From NCBI GenBank assembly GCA_964057225.1, contig OZ059894.1, positions 11,780,001 through 11,844,000 on the forward strand: DNA of 64,000 bases, in the 5' to 3' direction. This stretch comes from Auanema rhodensis (lineage: Eukaryota; Animalia; Nematoda). Below the pieces are notes generated by a model. That model was not told the DNA's origin. It worked only from the letters and a program-made list of their open reading frames with translations, and did no database searches. The position numbers were made by a program, and so were the translations under genes. Of the stretch, positions 21,613-34,600 are shown piece by piece (the stretch's first letter is position 1; the number at the start of each line of letters is the position of its first letter).

Positions 21613-21722
21613 GTCTCAAAAATCGGTTAACCTTATTGTGAACCAATGGAACACATATCGAAGGTTAATTCGATAAGAACGATTACTACACTTTGATCTT
21701 AGCCAAAAGGCCGAGAAGCGAT
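21613..21722 (-). pseudogene. U2: U2 5' part (nt 1-110) upstream of copy 2
   Basis: gtctcaaaaatcgg...gaagcgat; normal upstream flank. Confidence 0.92.
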
Positions 21723-22164
21723 ACAGCATAGCCATGAGTATCAAAGACATCAAGCAAATGTATCGTACTTGTTACGAGTGCACTCTCTCATTTGAATATA
21801 AAAGTGTGGTTTGACAATCTTGACTGTACAGGTCATAAATGGCTCATATAAACTGTGGATTTACTCAACTTTTGGACTTATTTTTTTCTTATTCGAAGCG
21901 CTGCACTTTTTTCTATTCTTTTTATTCAAATACTTGTATATAGTTTTATATGTACGGTTGCAAAGTTTCCGAATATTTTATATATTTTTATACAATAATT
22001 AGGAGAAGGTTAATACAATGAAATCTCCCAACTTTACAGTGTTTGTATTGCTTACAGTATCTAGAACAACCACTCTTGTAATATTAGAGCACATATCAAT
22101 CAACAACTTTTTCTAGTTATCAAAGCTTTTTTATTTCTTCAAGATATTTCAAATAAAATATAAA

Positions 22165-22283
22165 AGCTTACGACACCCGGGATTCCCAAGCCGTCTCCGA
22201 TCCAAGTACTAACCGGGCCCAACGTTGCTTGACTTGCCAGATCGGACGGGATGGCGTACTTTCAACGTGGTATGGTCGTAAGC
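22165..22283 (-). rRNA. 5S: 5S rRNA
   Basis: Copy of 364-482. Confidence 0.97.
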
Positions 22284-22524
22284 AATGTTATATTCTTCAT
22301 TATCAGTTATATCACTCTAAATCTTGTTGTTAATAGTTAGGACCACAAAGAAAACAACAGGAACAGTAACAAATGAAATGCCCAAACTTTACAGTGTTCG
22401 AGTTATTTACAGTATCTAAGACTACCTCTGTCGTGTTATTAGAGCAAACATTCGATTAACAACAACTTTTTTTTAGTTATCAAAGCTTTTTTATTTCTTC
22501 AAAAAATTTCAAATAAAATATAAA

Positions 22525-22643
22525 AGCTTACGACACCCGGGATTCCCAAGCCGTCTCCGATCCAAGTACTAACCGGGCCCAACGTTGCTTGACTTGCCAG
22601 ATCGGACGGGATGGCGTACTTTCAACGTGGTATGGTCGTAAGC
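22525..22643 (-). rRNA. 5S: 5S rRNA
   Basis: Copy of 364-482. Confidence 0.97.
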
Positions 22644-22785
22644 AATGTCATATTCTTCATTATCAGTTATATCACTCTAAATCTTGTTGTTAATAGATAC
22701 GACCACAAAGAAAACAACAGGAACAGTAACAATAACAAAAAAAATTTTTTTTTCACCTATGTGTCTAAAGGTTAGCCATGTATCC

Positions 22786-22855
<70 letters not shown>

Positions 22856-24035
22856 ACAGTAAAAAGTCCAATCAAGAGAGAAATTTTTTCAACACATAGT
22901 TGTTTTTTTTTTAAATATCATTGTTTTTCCTCATAACTCGGTTTAAACTCGTTCTAACCCGTTGAAATACGTCTAGAAAGTCTTTATAACATGCATATGT
23001 ATGATAGAACTTCATATTTATTGTAATAGAAAATTTTATTTTCAGACGTCTTGGTTAACAATGATATGTTTTACCCCCTTATAATTTTTATCATAATGTT
23101 CCTTATACGAAACGCTCAATGAAACTTGCTTCCAGAAAAATTTCTTTCTATTTTTTCTTCATATGTACGTAGATACTATAGAGAACTATGATAGAAAACT
23201 TTAACATTCACGAAATCATCATTTCTCATTACGCTACGGAGGTTTAAAAAGCTGTGTTTTACCTTATAATAGACCGGAAAACCCTTGTGTTAAAACTGGA
23301 CCGTTTTTACACATATAAAAATGTCCCGTATTCGGGACCCTAATGTAACTTTTGATTCCCTATATTTTTTTTCATGAAATTTACAATCTACTGTAGAAAG
23401 AAGAATTATTTTTATAAAAACTGTAAATTTTTGAAAAATGAAAACAAAACGAAAACAAAAACAACTTTTTTTTGAACATTTTCTCACACAAGGGTCCCCC
23501 CTTACCTACTTTTTTTCTCATTACTCGTTTCAACCTCATCCGATCACTCTGCAAACATGTTTAATCGTTCTAACTTGTTGAAATACGTCTTAAAAGTCTA
23601 AACAACATGCATATGCATAATAGAAACCACCCGAATAGGCCCCCACGCACTAAACGAGATATATACATTACCAGTATAGTAATAGAACACATATTGAAGA
23701 TTAATTCGATAAGAACAATTTATTGACGTAGAGAATGTTTGTTCCGAAAAACTACAATATTAAACTATAAAAGTAACAAAAGCGTAGAGGCAGCAAAGAC
23801 ATGAATAAACATAAATGTAAATACAGAATTACCAGGTAGTACATAAGTATGACAAAAAATTATAAGAAAGCCATGAAAATAGAAGGTTTGTGAACAAATG
23901 AGAGGTACATCTTTGATCGTATAGTCATTTCTAAACCGTTCGTATGCTGCAGCATCGTCATAAGCGTCACTCAAGTTGAATTTCCATGTGTACTACACGA
24001 TTTTCATTCTTATTGTTACATTCTTTCCCTGAGGG

Positions 24036-24221
24036 AATGGGCCGTTCCCGCCAGCAGTGCAAGAGCGGGTCGACCCGTGAGGTGGAGCTAGCAAGCCAGC
24101 ATCTACCTCAAGTCTCAAAAATCGGTTAACCTTATTGTGAACCAATGGAACACATATCGAAGGTTAATTCGATAAGAACGATTACTACACTTTGATCTTA
24201 GCCAAAAGGCCGAGAAGCGAT
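24036..24221 (-). ncRNA. U2: U2 snRNA
   Basis: Copy of 2213-2398. Confidence 0.96.
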
Positions 24222-24663
24222 ACAGCATAGCCATGAGTATCAAAGACATCAAGCAAATGTATCGTACTTGTTACGAGTGCACTCTCTCATTTGAATATAA
24301 AAGTGTGGTTTGACAATCTTGACTGTACAGGTCATAAATGGCTCATATAAACTGTGGATTTACTCAACTTTTGGACTTATTTTTTTCTTATTCGAAGCGC
24401 TGCACTTTTTTCTATTCTTTTTATTCAAATACTTGTATATAGTTTTATATGTACGGTTGCAAAGTTTCCGAATATTTTATATATTTTTATACAATAATTA
24501 GGAGAAGGTTAATACAATGAAATCTCCCAACTTTACAGTGTTTGTATTGCTTACAGTATCTAGAACAACCACTCTTGTAATATTAGAGCACATATCAATC
24601 AACAACTTTTTCTAGTTATCAAAGCTTTTTTATTTCTTCAAGATATTTCAAATAAAATATAAA

Positions 24664-24782
24664 AGCTTACGACACCCGGGATTCCCAAGCCGTCTCCGAT
24701 CCAAGTACTAACCGGGCCCAACGTTGCTTGACTTGCCAGATCGGACGGGATGGCGTACTTTCAACGTGGTATGGTCGTAAGC
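24664..24782 (-). rRNA. 5S: 5S rRNA
   Basis: Copy of 364-482. Confidence 0.97.
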
Positions 24783-25023
24783 AATGTTATATTCTTCATT
24801 ATCAGTTATATCACTCTAAATCTTGTTGTTAATAGTTAGGACCACAAAGAAAACAACAGGAACAGTAACAAATGAAATGCCCAAACTTTACAGTGTTCGA
24901 GTTATTTACAGTATCTAAGACTACCTCTGTCGTGTTATTAGAGCAAACATTCGATTAACAACAACTTTTTTTTAGTTATCAAAGCTTTTTTATTTCTTCA
25001 AAAAATTTCAAATAAAATATAAA

Positions 25024-25142
25024 AGCTTACGACACCCGGGATTCCCAAGCCGTCTCCGATCCAAGTACTAACCGGGCCCAACGTTGCTTGACTTGCCAGA
25101 TCGGACGGGATGGCGTACTTTCAACGTGGTATGGTCGTAAGC
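25024..25142 (-). rRNA. 5S: 5S rRNA
   Basis: Copy of 364-482. Confidence 0.97.
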
Positions 25143-25284
25143 AATGTCATATTCTTCATTATCAGTTATATCACTCTAAATCTTGTTGTTAATAGATACG
25201 ACCACAAAGAAAACAACAGGAACAGTAACAATAACAAAAAAAATTTTTTTTTCACCTATGTGTCTAAAGGTTAGCCATGTATCC

Positions 25285-25334
<50 letters not shown>

Positions 25335-26514
25335 ACAGTAAAAAGTCCAATCAAGAGAGAAATTTTTTCAACACATAGTTGTTTTTTTTTTAAATATCAT
25401 TGTTTTTCCTCATAACTCGGTTTAAACTCGTTCTAACCCGTTGAAATACGTCTAGAAAGTCTTTATAACATGCATATGTATGATAGAACTTCATATTTAT
25501 TGTAATAGAAAATTTTATTTTCAGACGTCTTGGTTAACAATGATATGTTTTACCCCCTTATAATTTTTATCATAATGTTCCTTATACGGAACGCTCAATG
25601 AAACTTGCTTCCAGAAAAATTTCTTTCTATTTTTTCTTCATATGTACGTAGATACTATAGAGAACTATGATAGAAAACTTTAACATTCACGAAATCATCA
25701 TTTCTCATTACGCTACGGAGGTTTAAAAAGCTGTGTTTTACCTTATAATAGACCGGAAAACCCTTGTGTTAAAACTGGACCGTTTTTACACATATAAAAA
25801 TGTCCCGTATTCGGGACCCTAATGTAACTTTTGATTCCCTATATTTTTTTTCATGAAATTTACAATCTACTGTAGAAAGAAGAATTATTTTTATAAAAAC
25901 TGTAAATTTTTGAAAAATGAAAACAAAACGAAAACAAAAACAACTTTTTTTTGAACATTTTCTCACACAAGGGTCCCCCCTTACCTACTTTTTTTCTCAT
26001 TACTCGTTTCAACCTCATCCGATCACTCTGCAAACATGTTTAATCGTTCTAACTTGTTGAAATACGTCTTAAAAGTCTAAACAACATGCATATGCATAAT
26101 AGAAACCACCCGAATAGGCCCCCACGCACTAAACGAGATATATACATTACCAGTATAGTAATAGAACACATATTGAAGATTAATTCGATAAGAACAATTT
26201 ATTGACGTAGAGAATGTTTGTTCCGAAAAACTACAATATTAAACTATAAAAGTAACAAAAGCGTAGAGGCAGCAAAGACATGAATAAACATAAATGTAAA
26301 TACAGAATTACCAGGTAGTACATAAGTATGACAAAAAATTATAAGAAAGCCATGAAAATAGAAGGTTTGTGAACAAATGAGAGGTACATCTTTGATCGTA
26401 TAGTCATTTCTAAACCGTTCGTATGCTGCAGCATCGTCATAAGCGTCACTCAAGTTGAATTTCCATGTGTACTACACGATTTTCATTCTTATTGTTACAT
26501 TCTTTCCCTGAGGG

Positions 26515-26700
26515 AATGGGCCGTTCCCGCCAGCAGTGCAAGAGCGGGTCGACCCGTGAGGTGGAGCTAGCAAGCCAGCATCTACCTCAAGTCTCAAAAA
26601 TCGGTTAACCTTATTGTGAACCAATGGAACACATATCGAAGGTTAATTCGATAAGAACGATTACTACACTTTGATCTTAGCCAAAAGGCCGAGAAGCGAT
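26515..26700 (-). ncRNA. U2: U2 snRNA
   Basis: Copy of 2213-2398. Confidence 0.96.
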
Positions 26701-27142
26701 ACAGCATAGCCATGAGTATCAAAGACATCAAGCAAATGTATCGTACTTGTTACGAGTGCACTCTCTCATTTGAATATAAAAGTGTGGTTTGACAATCTTG
26801 ACTGTACAGGTCATAAATGGCTCATATAAACTGTGGATTTACTCAACTTTTGGACTTATTTTTTTCTTATTCGAAGCGCTGCACTTTTTTCTATTCTTTT
26901 TATTCAAATACTTGTATATAGTTTTATATGTACGGTTGCAAAGTTTCCGAATATTTTATATATTTTTATACAATAATTAGGAGAAGGTTAATACAATGAA
27001 ATCTCCCAACTTTACAGTGTTTGTATTGCTTACAGTATCTAGAACAACCACTCTTGTAATATTAGAGCACATATCAATCAACAACTTTTTCTAGTTATCA
27101 AAGCTTTTTTATTTCTTCAAGATATTTCAAATAAAATATAAA

Positions 27143-27261
27143 AGCTTACGACACCCGGGATTCCCAAGCCGTCTCCGATCCAAGTACTAACCGGGCCCAA
27201 CGTTGCTTGACTTGCCAGATCGGACGGGATGGCGTACTTTCAACGTGGTATGGTCGTAAGC
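27143..27261 (-). rRNA. 5S: 5S rRNA
   Basis: Copy of 364-482. Confidence 0.97.
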
Positions 27262-27502
27262 AATGTTATATTCTTCATTATCAGTTATATCACTCTAAAT
27301 CTTGTTGTTAATAGTTAGGACCACAAAGAAAACAACAGGAACAGTAACAAATGAAATGCCCAAACTTTACAGTGTTCGAGTTATTTACAGTATCTAAGAC
27401 TACCTCTGTCGTGTTATTAGAGCAAACATTCGATTAACAACAACTTTTTTTTAGTTATCAAAGCTTTTTTATTTCTTCAAAAAATTTCAAATAAAATATA
27501 AA

Positions 27503-27621
27503 AGCTTACGACACCCGGGATTCCCAAGCCGTCTCCGATCCAAGTACTAACCGGGCCCAACGTTGCTTGACTTGCCAGATCGGACGGGATGGCGTACTTT
27601 CAACGTGGTATGGTCGTAAGC
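27503..27621 (-). rRNA. 5S: 5S rRNA
   Basis: Copy of 364-482. Confidence 0.97.
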
Positions 27622-27763
27622 AATGTCATATTCTTCATTATCAGTTATATCACTCTAAATCTTGTTGTTAATAGATACGACCACAAAGAAAACAACAGGA
27701 ACAGTAACAATAACAAAAAAAATTTTTTTTTCACCTATGTGTCTAAAGGTTAGCCATGTATCC

Positions 27764-27813
<50 letters not shown>

Positions 27814-28993
27814 ACAGTAAAAAGTCCAATCAAGAGAGAAATTTTTTCAACACATAGTTGTTTTTTTTTTAAATATCATTGTTTTTCCTCATAACTCGGT
27901 TTAAACTCGTTCTAACCCGTTGAAATACGTCTAGAAAGTCTTTATAACATGCATATGTATGATAGAACTTCATATTTATTGTAATAGAAAATTTTATTTT
28001 CAGACGTCTTGGTTAACAATGATATGTTTTACCCCCTTATAATTTTTATCATAATGTTCCTTATACGGAACGCTCAATGAAACTTGCTTCCAGAAAAATT
28101 TCTTTCTATTTTTTCTTCATATGTACGTAGATACTATAGAGAACTATGATAGAAAACTTTAACATTCACGAAATCATCATTTCTCATTACGCTACGGAGG
28201 TTTAAAAAGCTGTGTTTTACCTTATAATAGACCGGAAAACCCTTGTGTTAAAACTGGACCGTTTTTACACATATAAAAATGTCCCGTATTCGGGACCCTA
28301 ATGTAACTTTTGATTCCCTATATTTTTTTTCATGAAATTTACAATCTACTGTAGAAAGAAGAATTATTTTTATAAAAACTGTAAATTTTTGAAAAATGAA
28401 AACAAAACGAAAACAAAAACAACTTTTTTTTGAACATTTTCTCACACAAGGGTCCCCCCTTACCTACTTTTTTTCTCATTACTCGTTTCAACCTCATCCG
28501 ATCACTCTGCAAACATGTTTAATCGTTCTAACTTGTTGAAATACGTCTTAAAAGTCTAAACAACATGCATATGCATAATAGAAACCACCCGAATAGGCCC
28601 CCACGCACTAAACGAGATATATACATTACCAGTATAGTAATAGAACACATATTGAAGATTAATTCGATAAGAACAATTTATTGACGTAGAGAATGTTTGT
28701 TCCGAAAAACTACAATATTAAACTATAAAAGTAACAAAAGCGTAGAGGCAGCAAAGACATGAATAAACATAAATGTAAATACAGAATTACCAGGTAGTAC
28801 ATAAGTATGACAAAAAATTATAAGAAAGCCATGAAAATAGAAGGTTTGTGAACAAATGAGAGGTACATCTTTGATCGTATAGTCATTTCTAAACCGTTCG
28901 TATGCTGCAGCATCGTCATAAGCGTCACTCAAGTTGAATTTCCATGTGTACTACACGATTTTCATTCTTATTGTTACATTCTTTCCCTGAGGG

Positions 28994-29179
28994 AATGGGC
29001 CGTTCCCGCCAGCAGTGCAAGAGCGGGTCGACCCGTGAGGTGGAGCTAGCAAGCCAGCATCTACCTCAAGTCTCAAAAATCGGTTAACCTTATTGTGAAC
29101 CAATGGAACACATATCGAAGGTTAATTCGATAAGAACGATTACTACACTTTGATCTTAGCCAAAAGGCCGAGAAGCGAT
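28994..29179 (-). ncRNA. U2: U2 snRNA
   Basis: Copy of 2213-2398. Confidence 0.96.
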
Positions 29180-29621
29180 ACAGCATAGCCATGAGTATCA
29201 AAGACATCAAGCAAATGTATCGTACTTGTTACGAGTGCACTCTCTCATTTGAATATAAAAGTGTGGTTTGACAATCTTGACTGTACAGGTCATAAATGGC
29301 TCATATAAACTGTGGATTTACTCAACTTTTGGACTTATTTTTTTCTTATTCGAAGCGCTGCACTTTTTTCTATTCTTTTTATTCAAATACTTGTATATAG
29401 TTTTATATGTACGGTTGCAAAGTTTCCGAATATTTTATATATTTTTATACAATAATTAGGAGAAGGTTAATACAATGAAATCTCCCAACTTTACAGTGTT
29501 TGTATTGCTTACAGTATCTAGAACAACCACTCTTGTAATATTAGAGCACATATCAATCAACAACTTTTTCTAGTTATCAAAGCTTTTTTATTTCTTCAAG
29601 ATATTTCAAATAAAATATAAA

Positions 29622-29740
29622 AGCTTACGACACCCGGGATTCCCAAGCCGTCTCCGATCCAAGTACTAACCGGGCCCAACGTTGCTTGACTTGCCAGATC
29701 GGACGGGATGGCGTACTTTCAACGTGGTATGGTCGTAAGC
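29622..29740 (-). rRNA. 5S: 5S rRNA
   Basis: Copy of 364-482. Confidence 0.97.
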
Positions 29741-29981
29741 AATGTTATATTCTTCATTATCAGTTATATCACTCTAAATCTTGTTGTTAATAGTTAGGAC
29801 CACAAAGAAAACAACAGGAACAGTAACAAATGAAATGCCCAAACTTTACAGTGTTCGAGTTATTTACAGTATCTAAGACTACCTCTGTCGTGTTATTAGA
29901 GCAAACATTCGATTAACAACAACTTTTTTTTAGTTATCAAAGCTTTTTTATTTCTTCAAAAAATTTCAAATAAAATATAAA

Positions 29982-30100
29982 AGCTTACGACACCCGGGAT
30001 TCCCAAGCCGTCTCCGATCCAAGTACTAACCGGGCCCAACGTTGCTTGACTTGCCAGATCGGACGGGATGGCGTACTTTCAACGTGGTATGGTCGTAAGC
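29982..30100 (-). rRNA. 5S: 5S rRNA
   Basis: Copy of 364-482. Confidence 0.97.
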
Positions 30101-30242
30101 AATGTCATATTCTTCATTATCAGTTATATCACTCTAAATCTTGTTGTTAATAGATACGACCACAAAGAAAACAACAGGAACAGTAACAATAACAAAAAAA
30201 ATTTTTTTTTCACCTATGTGTCTAAAGGTTAGCCATGTATCC

Positions 30243-30294
<52 letters not shown>

Positions 30295-31474
30295 ACAGTA
30301 AAAAGTCCAATCAAGAGAGAAATTTTTTCAACACATAGTTGTTTTTTTTTTAAATATCATTGTTTTTCCTCATAACTCGGTTTAAACTCGTTCTAACCCG
30401 TTGAAATACGTCTAGAAAGTCTTTATAACATGCATATGTATGATAGAACTTCATATTTATTGTAATAGAAAATTTTATTTTCAGACGTCTTGGTTAACAA
30501 TGATATGTTTTACCCCCTTATAATTTTTATCATAATGTTCCTTATACGGAACGCTCAATGAAACTTGCTTCCAGAAAAATTTCTTTCTATTTTTTCTTCA
30601 TATGTACGTAGATACTATAGAGAACTATGATAGAAAACTTTAACATTCACGAAATCATCATTTCTCATTACGCTACGGAGGTTTAAAAAGCTGTGTTTTA
30701 CCTTATAATAGACCGGAAAACCCTTGTGTTAAAACTGGACCGTTTTTACACATATAAAAATGTCCCGTATTCGGGACCCTAATGTAACTTTTGATTCCCT
30801 ATATTTTTTTTCATGAAATTTACAATCTACTGTAGAAAGAAGAATTATTTTTATAAAAACTGTAAATTTTTGAAAAATGAAAACAAAACGAAAACAAAAA
30901 CAACTTTTTTTTGAACATTTTCTCACACAAGGGTCCCCCCTTACCTACTTTTTTTCTCATTACTCGTTTCAACCTCATCCGATCACTCTGCAAACATGTT
31001 TAATCGTTCTAACTTGTTGAAATACGTCTTAAAAGTCTAAACAACATGCATATGCATAATAGAAACCACCCGAATAGGCCCCCACGCACTAAACGAGATA
31101 TATACATTACCAGTATAGTAATAGAACACATATTGAAGATTAATTCGATAAGAACAATTTATTGACGTAGAGAATGTTTGTTCCGAAAAACTACAATATT
31201 AAACTATAAAAGTAACAAAAGCGTAGAGGCAGCAAAGACATGAATAAACATAAATGTAAATACAGAATTACCAGGTAGTACATAAGTATGACAAAAAATT
31301 ATAAGAAAGCCATGAAAATAGAAGGTTTGTGAACAAATGAGAGGTACATCTTTGATCGTATAGTCATTTCTAAACCGTTCGTATGCTGCAGCATCGTCAT
31401 AAGCGTCACTCAAGTTGAATTTCCATGTGTACTACACGATTTTCATTCTTATTGTTACATTCTTTCCCTGAGGG

Positions 31475-31623
31475 AATGGGCCGTTCCCGCCAGCAGTGCA
31501 AGAGCGGGTCGACCCGTGAGGTGGAGCTAGCAAGCCAGCATCTACCTCAAGTCTCAAAAATCGGTTAACCTTATTGTGAACCAATGGAACACATATCGAA
31601 GGTTAATTCGATAAGAACGATTA
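31475..31623 (-). pseudogene. U2: U2 3' part (nt 38-186) downstream of copy 3
   Basis: Same junction aacgatta|atggttt. Confidence 0.93.
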
Positions 31624-34600
31624 ATGGTTTATTGAATAACTAATGTTATGAAACAATAAATAACCAATAAAAAAGAGCCCAGAATCGGGGAGACGGTATT
31701 ACCAGTACAACTTAAAACAGCAAGTGATTAAAAAGTACAAAATAAAACACATTACCAACAGAGGCTAAAACGACTCAAGAGTCGGGGGAGTGGGTTAAAA
31801 AAAGTAATGAATAACAAAAAAAATGAATAATAAAGCAGAACAGTGAAAAGTAAATATCAAGTGCCGCTATGATCAAACAATTTGAGTGCCTACGGCAATG
31901 GTGTTAAAAATAAACAACAAAATACATGTACCAATGAAGGTCAGAAAGAGAGAAAGAAAAAAGACAAAAATAAGTAATACAAAAAGTAAAAAATATATTA
32001 CAATCAAATCACAAACAAGTCAATGGATAATTTCTTCTTCATACTGCCTTACACCAGAAACATGTTCCACGTAGATATTCCTGGCCCACTTGATGGTATC
32101 GGCGACGACGAGCTTCTCCATTAGCCGGTTGTAGTGGCTGCTGATCTTGAGTGATCGGAGGGCTTGTACGTTGAGCGGGTCCATAGTTCCAAGCATTCCT
32201 ACGACATACGCTTCTACACTAGTCTTATAACCAAGACATTGGTATTGGCTGGCTATGTCAGCATATTTCCTCTCCTTTATCATACGCGCGGCTATCATGG
32301 CTTGTCGGCGGTTTTCATAGCTCACTGTAACATCAACGATACTACAGTGTTTTGCGTCATGATCGACCACTACTATGTCAGGTCGGAGTGTACTATTAAT
32401 GCCAGGAAGAGGCTGGTTAGTGTAAACTTCTCCGTTTTTAGGCTCTGGCAGGGCTTTGATAAGACGGTCCACGATGTTGTTGTGGCGGAGTTGGATTGCT
32501 CTCGTGTGAAAGTGGCAGTGTCCAAGAACATGTGCAGCAGTTTCGTTGGGGTAACTACACCTGCGGCACTGTTTGTTTCCTTCTCCGTGTCTTCTACAGC
32601 CATTGAGCTGGAGAGTATTAAGTCGAGCCTTGTGGATGAATCGCCAATCAGCAAACCGTATGAAATCTCCCTTCGCCATAAAGTGATTGGACGCTTTGTT
32701 GAGCATTGTGACATCAAAGACTTTCCCTTGATCCGGTTTTTGAAGAAGGATCCGAAGGTCTTTCAGCCATAATGCACGTCGCAGGCTTCTGTGGCATAGT
32801 GAAGGTGTTAACAGTTGGTTGTTTAGATTGAGTTCTAAACCACTTTCGAGGCATGTCCAGTTAGCGTTGATGAGTTTCTTGAGTTGACGCATCGCTACTC
32901 TTACTCTAGTCCAGATGGAGGAAACATCAGATGTTTCGGTGTCGAAAATGCCATCAACGGAACCGTTGTAATATGCAGCTGTCTCATCGTTACTGGCTTG
33001 ACGTTTAATCCTTTTTGATGCTACTTTTATTGAGTCTTGATGCGCAATATCAGCTACTACAAGATCAGATGACTTCAAAAGTTGGTAGGCATGAGTGACT
33101 TCACAGACGTCTGACAGGTGTTGGAGTCGAGAGAGACCAAGTCCGCCGTAGTTGGTTGGCAGGTAGATTGGTTCAGCACTGGCGTTTGGAGGATAGTGCA
33201 TCCATCTACGGGCACAGCGTTTGAGTTCTTTGTCAAAGGCGACTAGTTTACTCTTTGGGACGTGGCCATTCGTCATATGAAAATTAAGGCAGGGCATCAG
33301 GAAGGTGCGTACTGCGTCAGCTTTCTGCCATTCAGCCAGTAAGGATTTGTCAATTTTTTCCAAGTGTTGACTCATGATATTCACTGTTGGAACCGCAGAC
33401 TTATGTAAATGCATTCCAGTAGGGATTCCCAGGTGGGAGTAGCTGTCAAATTTGCTGAGAGCGGGTAGAAAGCAGCTCTGAAGCATGTATGAGGCTGTTG
33501 ATATTTTCCCTTTGTCGATCGTCAAAGTGGCGCATTTCGCTGGTTTGAAGGTCAAGCCTGTGAAATTAGCCGCATTTGATGCTGCGTCCAACATTTTCTG
33601 TAGATCTTCTGATGATGAGGAGACCAGGGCAAGGTCATCGGCGTACGCTAGCACAGCGATGTTGTGATTGTGTAGCTTATAGCCTGTAGAGGTTTCCAAG
33701 ATGGTTTTAATTAGAGGTTCAATGGCAAGGTTGAACAGGATCGGAGATAGTGGGGATCCTTGTAACACACCTGCGTGAACTGGAATGGTCGAAGTGAGTC
33801 CGGAGCCTGTCTGGATTCTTGTAGAGGCATCTGTGTATAGAGCTCGTACTCGGGATATTGAGGCTTCAGCCATTCCTGACCATCTTAGAACGTCTAGCAG
33901 AGTTTCGTGTGGCAGCGATCCAAAAGCGTTTGCGAGATCAAGCCAAGCAATTGCAATTTTCTCACGTTTACGTTTAGCGTCTGCAATGGTACTTTGCAAC
34001 AAAAAGTTGTGTTCCATGCATCCAGCTTTGGCCACAAAGCCCTTTTGGGAGGGAGAAAGTCTTTTTTCTGCTCTTGCCCATGTTAGCAGTCGATGCGTAA
34101 GACAAGCTGAGTACGTCTTACCAATTGTGCACGAAAGTGCTATTGGTCGCCAGTTGTTAATGTCAGCTTTATCACCTTTCTTATGGATGAGGACGGTGGT
34201 CGACTCTTTCCAGGAAAAAGGGATGTGTCCTAGCTTGTGTACGGTGTTAAATATCGCTGCTAATATGTGACCTCCTTGGTCAAATTTCTTCCAGTGCGAG
34301 TATCGAAGTCCATCAGCTCCTGGAGCCGTATCGCTGCAACGTCGTATGCGTTCCCAGACTTCCAAAGGGGTGAAAACACCTTCTAATGGGTCGGTACTAG
34401 TTGGCAAATCCGGTCTGGTGACTGTGATGGGGAGGGCTGGGCCTTGACTGCTGTGAACAGAAAGGAAGTGTTTTTCAACATCTGCAGATGGTATGGTGCA
34501 GGTTTCACTTTGTTCTCCGAGCAGTTGTCGAAAGGCTTTCTTCTTGTTGGCCCTCCAAAGCTTCTGGATCTTCATCGCCTGGGTTTTTTGGTCTTCCTCA

